64,000 nucleotides of DNA from positions 4,874,797-4,938,796 of the forward strand of contig NC_087080.1 in assembly GCF_026151205.1 (NCBI RefSeq). The letters are read 5' to 3'. How positions within the stretch are numbered: the stretch's first letter is position 1; each line of letters starts with the position of its first letter. A model generated the notes under the pieces. The model was not told where the DNA came from. It saw nothing but the letters and a program-made list of their open reading frames with translations, and searched no databases. The stretch comes from Bolinopsis microptera. Taxonomy: Eukaryota. Both the position numbers and the translations under genes were made by a program. Positions 1-11,431 of the stretch are shown here, piece after piece.

Positions 1-450
1 ACTTATTCAACATATCAAATAGGAATGATAATCTGTTCATTACACCCTCTCCAACTAATCAATTTATTTATAAATCTGCATGGCTGTGGAATGAATTCCG
101 TAAAGTTGGCCCGTTAAATTTCACCTCCACATGCAGATCTATCAAGAATTTACTTAAACAGTCACTTCTAAGAGCTCAAAACCGGTATGGAACTGAGTGG
201 TGTGACAAAAATTTCATTGAATTCTGATTAAGAAGTGATATTTATTTGCCTGTTATTCCCACTGAAGCACTTACTGACTGACAAGCTTATCTATGATTAC
301 CATGCTTGAATTTAGGTAAACAACATACAACTCATTTCCAAGTTACGCTGAGCGCAACCGCCGAATGACACAGCAATATGGAAACGCGCGCGCATAGCAT
401 TGCGCGCCGATGCTGTGCGCGCGCGTTGTCGGCCGAAACTTGGGAAGTTC

Positions 451-640
451 CCGCTCTAATATTGGGGGGGGGGGGGGGTGTCACGTCCGTCTATGTCCGC
501 TTGTCTCATAGAATCCAAAAAGGACAGGACATAGGCGGACATAGGCGGACATAGGCGGACATAGACGGACATAGGCGGACATAGGCGGACATAGACGGAC
601 ATAGGCGGACATAGGCGGACATTAATGGACACCTAAATTG
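451..640. repeat. G16 run followed by a tandem array of about 13 copies of the 10-bp unit GACATAGGCG; left arm of a foldback-like structure
   Basis: Visible direct repeats ggacataggcggacataggc starting about 525. Preceded by aatattG(16)tgtcacgtccgtctatgtccgcttgtctcatagaatccaaaaaggacag, which recurs at 3186-3278 partly direct and partly inverted. Confidence 0.85.
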
Positions 641-750
641 CTAAATAAAATGTTCAATTTTTGCTGTTATAGGGGGATCATGTTTTTTGTCCGTTCGGTA
701 CCCTATATTTTCAAAACGGACAAAAAATAGAGCGGACAAAAACGGGAAAA

Positions 751-2995
751 ATGGAAATAACATTTAGATGCTTCCTCCTCCTACTCTTCCTCCTCCTCCC
801 TCTGGGTCTTCCTGATCTTCCTCAGTCCTCTTCCTCCTCCCCTCCTCAGTCCTCCTCCTACTCCTCCTCCTCGTCCTCAGTCCTCCTCATCAGTCCTCAA
901 CAGTCCTCCTCCTCCCCAGTCCTCCTCCTGGGTCCTCCTCCTCTTCATCCTCCTCCTCTTCCTCCTCAGTCTTCAGTCCTCCTCAGTCCTCCTCCTCATC
1001 CTCAGTCCTCCCCCAGTCCCCCTCCTCCTCCTCCTATTCAGTCCTCCTCCTCCTCCTTCTCAGTCCTCCTCAGTCCTCCTCCTCCTCCTCCTCCTCTTCC
1101 CTCTCAGTCATTCTCCTCAGCCATCCTCCTCAGTCCTCCTCAGTCCTCCTCAGTCCTCCTCCTCAGTCCTCCTCCTCCTGGGTCCTCCTCCTCCTCTTCA
1201 TCCTCCTCCTCTTCCTCCTCGGTCCTCAGTCCTCCTCCTCCTGGGTCCTCCTCCTCATCCTTCTCATCAGTCCTCCTCCTCCCCAGTCCTCTCCCAGTCC
1301 CCCTCCTTCTCCTCCTCCTATTCAGTCCTCCTCTTCCTCCTCAGTTCTCCTCAGTCCTCCTTCTCATTTCTCCTAAGTCCTCCTCCTGAGTCCTCCTCCT
1401 GAGTCCTCCTCCTCTTCCTTCTGAGTCCGCCTCCTGAGTCCTCCTCCTCCTCCCTCTCAGTCATCCTCCTCAGTCATCCTCCTCAGTCATCCTCCTCAGC
1501 AATCCTCCCCAGCCATCCTCCTCAGCCATCCTCCTCAGTCCTCCTCAGTCCTCCTCCTCCTCCTGGGTCCTCCTCCTCCTCCTGGGTCCTCCTGGGTCTT
1601 CCTGATCCTCCCCAGTCCTCTTCCTCCTCCCCTCCTCAGTCCTCCTCCTACTCTTCCTCCTCGTCCTCAGTCATCCTCATCAGTCCTCAACAGTTCTCCT
1701 CCTCCCCAGTCCTCCTCCTCCTCCTGGGGCCTTTTCCTGGGTCCTCCTCCTGGGTCCTCCTCCTGGGTCCTCCTCCTCCTGGGTCCTCCTTCTCCTCCCC
1801 TCCTCAGTCCTCCTCCTACTCTTCCTCCTCGTCCTCAGTCATCCTCATCAGTCCTCAACAGTTCTCCTCCTCCCCAGTCCTCCTCCTCCTGGGGCCTTTT
1901 CCTGGGTCCTCCTCCTGGGTCCTCCTCCTCCTGGGTCCTCCTCCTCCTGGGTCCTCCTCCTCCTGGGTCCTCCTTCTCCTCCTCAGTCCTTCTCCTCCTC
2001 CTCCTCCTCCTCAGTCCTCTTCCTCCTCTTCCTCCTCCTCCTCCCTCTCAGTCATCCTCCTCAGCCATCCTCCTCAGTCCTCCTCCTCCTCCTGGGTCCT
2101 CCTCCTCCTGGGTCCTCCTGGGTCTTCCTGATCCTCCCCAGTCCTCTTCCTCCTCCCCTCCTCAGTCCTCCTCCTACTCTCCCTCCTCGTCCTCAGTCAT
2201 CCTCATCAGTCCTCAACAGTTCTCCTCCTCCCCAGTCCTCCTCCTCCTCCTGGGGCCTTTTCCTGGGTCCTCCTCCTGGGTCCTCCTCCTCCTGGGTCCT
2301 CCTCCTCCTGGGTCCTCCTTCTCCTCAGTCCTTCTCCTCCTCCTCCTCAATCCTCTTCCTCCTCTTCCTCCTCCTCCTCCCTCTCAGTCATCCTCCTCAG
2401 CCATCCTCCTCAGTCCTCCTCCTCCTCCTGGGTCCTCCTCCTCCTCCTCCTGGGTCCTCCTGGGTCTTCCTGATCCTCCCCAGTCCTCTTCCTCCTCCCC
2501 TCCTCAGTCCTCCTCCTACTCTTCCTCCTCGTCCTCAGTCATCCTCATCAGTCCTCAACATTTCTCCTCCTCCCCAGTCCTCCTCCTCCTCCTGGGGCCT
2601 TTTCCTGGGTCCTCCTCCTGGGTCCTCCTCCTCCTGGGTCCTCCTCCTCCTGGGTCCTCCTTCTCCTCCTCAGGCCTTCTCCTCCCCTCCTCAGTCCTCC
2701 TCCTACTCTTCCTCCTCGTCCTCAGTCATCCTCATCAGTCCTCAACAGTTCTCCTCCTCCCCAGTCCTCCTCCTCCTGGGTCCTCCTTCTCCTCCTCAGT
2801 CCTTCTCCTCCTCCTCCTCAGTCCTATTCCTCCTCCTCCTCCCTCTCAGTCATCCTCCTCAGCCATCTTCCTCAGCCATCCTCCTCAGCCATCCTCCTCA
2901 GTCCTCCTCCTTCTCAGTCCTCCTCAGTCCTCCTCCTCAGTCCTCCTCCTCCTCAGCCATCCTTCGCAGCCATCCTCCTCAGTACTCTTCAGTAC
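751..2995. repeat. CT-rich (TCC)n-type low-complexity array with a higher-order period of about 180-350 bp
   Basis: Continuous tcctcc/cagtcctcc/ctgggtcctcc motifs. Recurring blocks such as ctgggtcttcctgatcctccccagtcctcttcctcc at 1590, 2110 and 2460. The 212-aa track ORF here is a poly-Pro/Ser/Leu artefact. Confidence 0.9.
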
Positions 2996-3280
2996 TCTTC
3001 AGTCCTCAAAATGTTTGTCCGCTAATGTCCACCAATGTCCGCTAATGTCCACCAATGTCCATCCAAGTCCGCCAATGTCCGTCCGGGTCCGCCAATGTCC
3101 GTCCGAGTCCGCCAATGTCCGTCCGAGTCCGCCAATGTCCGTCCGAGTCCGCCAATGTCCGTCCGTGTCCGCCAATGTCCCAAAAAACACGTCCGTTGTC
3201 TCATAGAATCCAAAAAGGACAGGACATAGGCGGACATAGACGGACATGACACCCCCCCCCCCCCCCCCCCCAATATTCAG
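2995..3280. repeat. Right arm: tandem (GTCCGCCAATGTCCGTCCGA)n, inverted relative to the left arm, then shared unique segment and C20 run
   Basis: gtccgccaatgtccgtccgagtccgccaatgtcc repeats are roughly the reverse complement of the gacataggcggac array. 3196-3240 directly repeats 497-545. gacacC(20)aatatt at 3245-3278 is the reverse complement of aatattG(16)tgtc at 455-486. Confidence 0.8.
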
Positions 3281-4275
3281 ACGACAGTGATGACTCATGA
3301 AGAGCACTAATTTCGACCACTTTCCCGGTCGAACCATACCAAATCAAACTAATTGACCCACGTGTATAGCCAATGTCCTGGCGGTGCTGAGCCGATGTAA
3401 AACTCTTCTGTAAACTCTTTTGTCTCTTGTAACTTGTTTATATTTTATATTTTAGTTATACTGTGTACTGTGTACAATAGTTATAGCGTATAGTGTGTAG
3501 TGTGTAGTGGTTATTTTGTTGTAACGTGTCACTTTATATTTTGCTACCAACGTCAGCCTTGACTTACCATTTATTGTAATTGGTACAGCATATATCAAAA
3601 TTAAAACACTGTTTTCGATCTGACGGGTGATGGGCTCTCTCTGATGGGACATAGTTCTAGGGGGTACCCGGGGTACGAGTTAACGAATAGTGTTCGTGTC
3701 CTTCCACAATCCCCTCTCATTGTGTTTTTGACGGAGGAGGAGCCTAGTTCATCCGTCTGCATCGCTTAATCGAGTTAAAAATTTAGCCAATAACAAACTA
3801 TATTACATGTTATACTGATATCAGATGTAGAGTTTATAACATACAAATTCTAAATTTTTGACGGCTGACGATGGTAAGTCGCTACGTTTAACTCGGGACT
3901 TTTATAGTTTTAAGTCTTGGAGCTCAAAATGTCTCGTGCTGTGGGCCGTATAAACGGCGCACAACACCGCCCTGCCTTACTGCTTATTACATTACTTCAT
4001 GGTTGCCGGGCGGAGCCGGTGCCGTTTGTCTCGGCCTCGAGTGGCGAGTGCTTGCCCATCGAATACACGATTGAAACACTAATTATTTACTGGCATTCTA
4101 CAGTTTCCAAAACGAAGTACGAAGGTATATTAACTTTGAGCTTTGTTTTGGCGACTGCTTCATCGATGGGCGAGTAGGTATTTGTTGTTTAGCAGTGTTG
4201 AATATTGGAGCAATTATATAATGTATATCTCCATCATAATATAGGCTAGTGTAAACATATATAATCAATAATACA

Positions 4276-6033
4276 AACAAATAGTATAGTTGTGGACACA
4301 ACAAGAAAATTGAGAATAATCTTGTGCGAGGGTAGGGACCCAGATGTCGTTTCTAACCCAAATAAACTTTAAGGAGGCTTCTCATCAGTAGCCGCACCTC
4401 CTTACTCGGTTTCTGAACTGGAATTCTATGGGCTTCCAGACGGCCAGACCGAGTATTACCATCCCATCCTTCTAGAGTTCATCACAAGTAGCACCCACCT
4501 TGAAGATCTTTGACACCCAGACACACCCCATTGGCGAACAAACTTTGGATATAATCTTACATGCTCCCGAAGGAATCCCTGGTTTATGGTCTTTCTCATC
4601 GTCACCAGCACTTTCACTAGGTCACCAGCTCTTTCACTGAAGTCATCAGCCCTTTCACTGAAGTCATCAGATGTGACTCTGATCAACGGTATAGTTGTGG
4701 ACACAACAAGAAAATTGAGAATAATCTTGTGCGAGGGTAGGGACCCAGATGTCGTTTCTAACCCAAATAAACTTTAAGGAGGCTTCTCATCAGTAGCCGC
4801 ACCTCCTTACTCGGTTTCTGAACTGGAATTCTATGGGCTTCCAGACGGCCAGACCGAGTATTACCATCCCATCCTTCTAGAGTTCATCACAAGTAGCACC
4901 CACCTTGAAGATCTTTGACACCCAGACACACCCCATTGGCGAACAAACTTTGGATATAATCTTACATGCTCCCGAAGGAATCCCTGGTTTATGGTCTTTC
5001 TCATCGTCACCAGCACTTTCACTAGGTCACCAGCTCTTTCACTGAAGTCATCAGCCCTTTCACTGAAGTCATCAGATGTGACTCTGATCAACGGTATAGT
5101 TGTGGACACAACAAGAAAATTGAGAATAATCTTGTGCGAGGGTAGGGACCCAGATGTCGTTTCTAACCCAAATAAACTTTAAGGAGGCTTCTCATCAGTA
5201 GCCGCACCTCCTTACTCGGTTTCTGAACTGGAATTCTATGGGCTTCCAGACGGCCAGACCGAGTATTACCATCCCATCCTTCTAGAGTTCATCACAAGTA
5301 GCACCCACCTTGAAGATCTTTGACACCCAGACACACCCCATTGGCGAACAAACTTTGGATATAATCTTACATGCTCCCGAAGGAATCCCTGGTTTATGGT
5401 CTTTCTCATCGTCACCAGCACTTTCACTAGGTCACCAGCTCTTTCACTGAAGTCATCAGCCCTTTCACTGAAGTCATCAGATGTGACTCTGATCAACGGT
5501 ATAGTTGTGGACACAACAAGAAAATTGAGAATAATCTTGTGCGAGGGTAGGGACCCAGATGTCGTTTCTAACCCAAATAAACTTTAAGGAGGCTTCTCAT
5601 CAGTAGCCGCACCTCCTTACTCGGTTTCTGAACTGGAATTCTATGGGCTTCCAGACGGCCAGACCGAGTATTACCATCCCATCCTTCTAGAGTTCATCAC
5701 AAGTAGCACCCACCTTGAAGATCTTTGACACCCAGACACACCCCATTGGCGAACAAACTTTGGATATAATCTTACATGCTCCCGAAGGAATCCCTGGTTT
5801 ATGGTCTTTCTCATCGTCACCAGCACTTTCACTAGGTCACCAGCTCTTTCACTGAAGTCATCAGCCCTTTCACTGAAGTCATCAGATGTGACTCTGATCA
5901 ACGGTATAGTTGTGGACACAACAAGATAATTGAGAATAATCTTGTGCGAGGGTAGGGACCCAGATGTCGTTTCTAACCCAAATAAACTTTAAGGAGGCTT
6001 CTCATCAGTAGCCGCACCTCCTTACTCGGTTTA
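4276..6033. repeat. 405-bp satellite, about 4.3 near-identical tandem copies
   Basis: Track ORFs recur with a 405-bp period (4456, 4861, 5266, 5671 and 4586, 4991, 5396). Copies are identical apart from single substitutions (gaaaattgag versus gataattgag at 5926). Confidence 0.95.
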
Positions 6034-7361
6034 TTATTATTGGTAACTCGCTAGATTATAAATGTTATTTAAACACATATGTTTACGTCAATTATTACTA
6101 AAATTAATATTCTTTTTGCTTTAATATAATTACATGTCACATAATTGATTAGTTGAATGAAACGTGTGCTACAAATGTCTACGCCTCACGCAGAACTGCG
6201 TACTGCTTAGTACTTCATGCTTGAGCGGTACTGCTGTTCACAGAGGCGCGCACTCAATTTAATCACAAATAACGAGCGCGCGGTTTTTGGAATTTCTCCA
6301 TTAATATTATTCGATCTATTAATTAGATCGTAGTGCTCACGGCCTGTACTGCGTGAACGACAGAAATATGTTTTCAATTATTTTGCTTCTGAAATTTTGG
6401 CTCTAGTAATTAAGAAATGCGACATGTAATTGTAAGATAACAATTAAATAGATCCTGTGCGCGGCGCCTACAGCTGACCTACGAATTTCTGAACAATTGA
6501 AAATTGTGGCTGTGTGCGCGGCGTACTGTATATGTGTTTGAAATTGAAATTTGAATTTATTTATGAATATAACATTATGTATTGATTGTTTTGTGGTAAA
6601 TTTTTTAAAAAAAATTTCTTTCCTAGTGTAACTGGTATATATTGGTGACGTGCACAAGGCTTAGTAAGGTATTTGCTCGTATTATCGGATGTAACGGCAA
6701 TGTGAACACGTTATTATATATTGTGTGTATTGTGTGTTTGTTGCAATTGGGGTACGTTAATTGGAAGCGTCGTCACGCTTTCTACTCACATACACCCGCC
6801 TCCGAGAGAATTATTCTCAGAACTAAGTGTAGTTTTCGATTTGTTGTAATTGGTGTGGTTTACTCTGCTGTTTCCACACAGCTTGAAGGTTTGAAATGTA
6901 GCGAGTAAAATCAACTCACATTAAACAATTTAGATGATTAACTTTTTCGATTATAACATGGAGACTGTATAGTCATGAAGTTTACAAAATAGACAAATAG
7001 ATTATTTTATAGACCAAATAGATTATTTTATCCTCAGAAGTATATCTACTATCTATACTATAAACTTGTGATTTATGTAGGATTGTTAATACGATATGTC
7101 TTTAGGATTGCTACTTACAGTTTTGGTCATTGTGTCATTTAATGTTCATCTTGGCGTTTAGTTATTTGGGTTTTAGTATGCACTATATTCATTATTCAAG
7201 ATTTGTTCATACTACACGCTATACATGGAAATTTTCTGCTTTCAGGATGTTTAAATGGTTTGTCAGAAGATATTATATCTCGTTGTGAGAGTTGGATCTA
7301 CATCATTCAGAAAATTAACTATTGTAACAGCTGACAGAAATGGTGCACACACATTTGGCAG

Positions 7362-7645
7362 TGGCGTAACAAATGGCCCCTCTGACCCCGCTGTGCGAGG
7401 GGGCGCCATTTTAGGTGGGCGCAAAATCGTCGTTTGAATGTGGGACAATTTTGAAAAACTTAACTGACGTACTAGCAAAACTGCGCGTTTTGTTCTAGAA
7501 ACACACTTTTTTAGAGATTTTACCAGCGTATCCTCTAAAATCACCTTATTAGTTTAATTTTAGGGAGGGGTGTCAAAAGGGGAGGGGTGCCAACAGGGGG
7601 CGCACTTTCGGCGGGGGCGCCAACAGGCAATGTTACACCACTGAC
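7362..7645. mobile_element. Tc1-like MITE, about 284 bp, with CAGTGG(C/T)GTAAC terminal inverted repeats and a G-rich interior
   Basis: cagtggcgtaac at 7362 and gttacaccactg at 7634 are inverted. The internal gcgccaacaggcaatgttacaccactg recurs as a solo terminus at 31185-31211 after a G26 run. Confidence 0.4.
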
Positions 7646-8697
7646 ATGTGGATGAATTTAAGTTGATGGCAAAAACGGAGATGAAGCTCCCAAGTACTCT
7701 TTTAAGGAGCTTCTATTAATATAACAACTGGACTTTAACTGTGTATTCTCAGGGACAGGACACTTATCTGAAGTTTTTGCACCAGCTGATGAAACCCAAA
7801 AAGAACATGAACTTAACGTTGGATACTTGAGGTATATAATTTGCAGTATACCGGCCACTTTGAACCAATGTATTGGTTCAACTTCCAGGTTGAAATATTT
7901 AGCAACTTTATCACCTGCTCATCCTATGGTTTTAACGCTTTAGTCCTATCAATGCCATTGACCACTGGAATACTTAGCTAGTTAGCTTTGGTAATGAAAT
8001 TTCTATAATCTAGGTGGTTTGTCATGTGTTAAAAAGGAAACAAGCAGAGGATTAAGATGCTCACCTGAGTGGAGTATTCTGTCTGAGTGGAGTACCAAGT
8101 GTACACATTGATGATTCCTCTCCATCTAAGGTATGTATGATACAGGTTAAAGTACCTTGACAGGCTCACATGTATTACTTGTATATCTTAGAAATGGTTC
8201 AGATATTAGGCACCTGGGTGGTGAGTAAATTTTCAATGTTCTAGAAATTAACTAAAATTATTTATTAATACATTTCATCGTGTTCGCATACCTTGTAAAC
8301 TTGATATACAACTCAAGTTCCCTCCGCACTTAAATAACACAACATCAAAGAAGCACGACCACTAAGACATTAGGGACAACTTTGGGTTTGAAGTCTGCCA
8401 TAACTTGGGGGATTCAATTATCTGTCAGTGTACACTTAAGGCACGTTTTAGGGACACTTAAGGCTTAAGGTTAAGGCACAGATAAGACAAAAGGGTTACT
8501 TAAAGCACATACACGAATTACCAAATTGCAACACTGTCAGCACACTGAGCACAGAGCAGATATGCCAGCCTCCTTGCCAGCCAACTGGTGGTATAATCTA
8601 TATGTTATTATCATGTTACCCTGCTCAACTGGACTAATTTTAGGCAGGTCATATGATTTGTAGGGCGCCAATTTTATAATATTAACACCTCTCTACT

Positions 8698-9822
8698 TTG
8701 AGACTTAACACCATGCAAGATGTTACAAGAGTAACACTACCACCAAACGACGTGAAGACCCTGAAGAAACACTACATTTCTAAAATAGAGTTCTACAGAA
8801 GCCAAAACAACAACAAGTGGAAACACTGGCCCAACAAGACCAAAGCTCTCCTCCAAACTTTACTGACACAGACTAAGAAAAGGAGGAATTTCAAAAAGCG
8901 ACAACACCGGAACGACAGGAAAGTTGAGCGTGACGCCAAAAGAGCACTGGATACAGGAAGTGTTGTAGTGTTGGTTAACGAAGACATACCTGCTGGGGCA
9001 CTGGCACTGTTAGGAAAAGGACTAGGCTATATCCCAACCCCAACTCGGGATAACATCGACTTGAGACTTGACATGAAGCTCGTCACCAACAAAATACTGA
9101 ACTATTCTAATAGAGTACTTTCCGGAGAGACAGGATTACCTAACATCAGTAACCTCCCCGCCAAACTCCGTAGAAAAAACTACTCTACAGCAAAACCAAG
9201 CAATGAACAAGCAGTCAATACAGCAGTGGACACAATGAGACGAGAACTCGACATCAAATTGAAGACTGCCGGAAGCCCACCTAAGCCCACCAACTTATCC
9301 TCTTCTGAGATAAAAGGACTCAAATGGTTGGAACAGCGCATTAAAGATGGGACAATAGCCATCACTAAGGCAGACAAGGGTGGTGCAACCCTTATTATCG
9401 ACCCTGACCTCATCAAGCAACGGACACTGGAGAAACTGGAAAATCAGCAACTATATGAAAAGTTGGACTGTGACCCTACTCAACAGCTGTATGAGAAACT
9501 CTTCAAGCACTGGGTACAGGGAAAAGAAGAAGGACTGATATTAGCAAGGGATGTGAAAGAAGTGATGGGTGTTTCTGACAACACCAGAGCAGACCAAACT
9601 GGACCCACAAACCGCCCCAGTACCCTCCCACACTATCGCCCTGGCCAGCCGTATTTCTACCCTGCTTTTAAAATTCATAAGCTGAAGAAAGAAGAACTCA
9701 TACCAGGGGCCAAACCACCAGCAAGACTCATTACCGCCCTCCACGAAGGAGCCAGCAGACGACCGGATGTCTTCCTAGCTGATAAATACCTACGCCAACT
9801 AGAAAGGGATTTTTGCTATTGA
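8698..9822 (+). CDS. PLE ORF, N-terminal part (pre-RT region with ITKADKGGATLIIDPD motif)
   Basis: 374-aa ORF ending in tga taa tag. The downstream 9932 ORF continues the RT in another frame. Confidence 0.65.
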   Translation: MRLNTMQDVTRVTLPPNDVKTLKKHYISKIEFYRSQNNNKWKHWPNKTKALLQTLLTQTKKRRNFKKRQHRNDRKVERDAKRALDTGSVVVLVNEDIPAGALALLGKGLGYIPTPTRDNIDLRLDMKLVTNKILNYSNRVLSGETGLPNISNLPAKLRRKNYSTAKPSNEQAVNTAVDTMRRELDIKLKTAGSPPKPTNLSSSEIKGLKWLEQRIKDGTIAITKADKGGATLIIDPDLIKQRTLEKLENQQLYEKLDCDPTQQLYEKLFKHWVQGKEEGLILARDVKEVMGVSDNTRADQTGPTNRPSTLPHYRPGQPYFYPAFKIHKLKKEELIPGAKPPARLITALHEGASRRPDVFLADKYLRQLERDFCY

Positions 9823-9931
9823 TAATAGAGACGCCTTAGTCTGGCTCGACAACATCAACAATACCCTGGACACAGAACTCAAAAGCAACATTAAAGCATT
9901 CACATTTGATTACAAAGCTTTATATGATTCA

Positions 9932-11431
9932 TTGAGTCCCCACCTTACACTCCAAGCTTTGAAGGTGGCCATGGAAGAAAAGAGACCAGAATGGTCCGCC
10001 AAATTCAAGGAGTGGTTGATAAGAAGTGTTGAACTCAGCTATGAGTCGTCTATAGGCAAATTTAACGGAGAGTGGTACAGACAGAAACGAGGAGTACCAA
10101 CAGGAGGCAGTATCTGTGTACAACTTGCAAACATAGCAGTATACCATGTCATGCGTGAGCAAGTCTATTCAGACACGGAACTAATGGAACCTGTAAAATC
10201 GGTCAAGAGATACATAGACGACGGCTGTGGAGTATTCCATGGTACGAAAAGACAGTTTTCAAAATTCATCGCGACTGTCAATTCAAGGCTAGCAGAACTT
10301 GGCCTCCACATTGATGAGAACATCATAGAAGATAACAATGTTTATGTGGCGTTCTTAGACATCAAATTTTGTTTCGACACCGCAGGTGATCTTCAGACAG
10401 ACCTTCATGTTAAAGAGACTGATGCTCGCTCCTACCTGTACTTCGGTTCCCACCACCCGAACCATACATTCAGCAGCATAGTCTATAGTGCATGCCTGAG
10501 ACTCCGGCGATTCATCAATGATAACGACAGACTCCGAAAACAAATTGATGAATTAAAAACCTTTTTCTTCCAATCCAACTACCCTAAAACTATGGTAGAT
10601 AACATCAGTGAAAAAGTCAAAGGCTTTGAAAGATGCCTCAAACCACTGGACAACTCAAACAGCAATGTCCTGGTCCCAAAGTCTCCAGAACCAGCAGTCC
10701 GCGTTATTTCAACATTTGGCAGCGATCAAGAGTTAGTAGAATCGGTAAAAAGATTGGAACCAGAACTCAGTAGAACCAGGAGCTTCTCAGGATTATCTGG
10801 TTCCCATACTAGTGGAAACACCCCAGGCTCCCCAATATCATCTAGAGCCGGTACATCACGCCCTATCTTCAAATTCGTCAGACGTACTGGAACATCATTT
10901 AGAAGGAAGTTAGTCAAAGCAAAACAATTTGCGGATGACTTAACCCAACCTCACACAAGACCATGTGGGGGCAGACACTGCGGTACCTGTAACATCATAT
11001 CTCCACATCCATCAATAACAGTCAATGGACAGCGAGCCAAAGCAGTGTCTGGTACATGTGTCAGCTACAATGTTGTATACATCTTCAGTTGCCAACTTTG
11101 TAATATGTGTTATGTAGGAAGAACGGTGCAGCCCCTAAGGGCACGAGTAAACGAACACCGCGCCCATTACTACAAACTCATTTCGGACAATACGTTTGTC
11201 CCTGAAGAAAACGACGACGGATTCAGCTTCGGTAAACACCTTGTAGAAGTTCATAACATGAAACAACGTGACAATTTCAACCAGGCTTATAAAGTGTCAA
11301 TTCTCAGTAATAGTAGCCCAAGAACTCTAGAAGTGGATGAACACCGTTATATTCAGAAACTAAGAACTATACGTCCATTGGGGCTCAATGCCATGGACCC
11401 GTTTGGGATTCCATTATTGGATTTATCTTAA
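9932..11431 (+). CDS. PLE reverse transcriptase plus GIY-YIG endonuclease
   Basis: RT motifs (AFLDIKFCFD, YIDDGCGVFHG), Cys-rich linker, then GIY-YIG-like VVYIFSCQLCNMCYVGRTVQPLRARVNEHR. Confidence 0.8.
   Translation: MSPHLTLQALKVAMEEKRPEWSAKFKEWLIRSVELSYESSIGKFNGEWYRQKRGVPTGGSICVQLANIAVYHVMREQVYSDTELMEPVKSVKRYIDDGCGVFHGTKRQFSKFIATVNSRLAELGLHIDENIIEDNNVYVAFLDIKFCFDTAGDLQTDLHVKETDARSYLYFGSHHPNHTFSSIVYSACLRLRRFINDNDRLRKQIDELKTFFFQSNYPKTMVDNISEKVKGFERCLKPLDNSNSNVLVPKSPEPAVRVISTFGSDQELVESVKRLEPELSRTRSFSGLSGSHTSGNTPGSPISSRAGTSRPIFKFVRRTGTSFRRKLVKAKQFADDLTQPHTRPCGGRHCGTCNIISPHPSITVNGQRAKAVSGTCVSYNVVYIFSCQLCNMCYVGRTVQPLRARVNEHRAHYYKLISDNTFVPEENDDGFSFGKHLVEVHNMKQRDNFNQAYKVSILSNSSPRTLEVDEHRYIQKLRTIRPLGLNAMDPFGIPLLDLS

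Larger units (their letters stand above)
451..3280. mobile_element. Candidate foldback-like or long-inverted-repeat element enclosing the (TCC)n array
   Basis: Termini aatattGGGG...tgtcac / gtgacaCCCC...aatatt are inverted. Both arms are made of inverted tandem subrepeats. No coding capacity. Confidence 0.35.

Noticed and set aside
751-1389. 212-aa ORF rich in P/S/L
   Set aside because: Translation of the (TCC)n low-complexity array. Every frame on this strand is open, so it is not a gene.
3015-3337. Cluster of overlapping 60-110-aa ORFs on both strands
   Set aside because: They lie entirely within the GTCCGCCAATGTCC tandem repeat of the foldback arm and are repeat artefacts.
4456-5919. Four identical 82-aa (-) ORFs and three 63-aa (+) ORFs
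   Set aside because: They recur with the 405-bp satellite period and have no recognisable domain. One ORF per monomer is what a tandem repeat produces by chance.
8200-8700. Hammerhead ribozyme expected in the Penelope-like element terminal repeat
   Set aside because: I could not find the CUGAUGA...GAAAC core by eye. It is left as something to test, not asserted.
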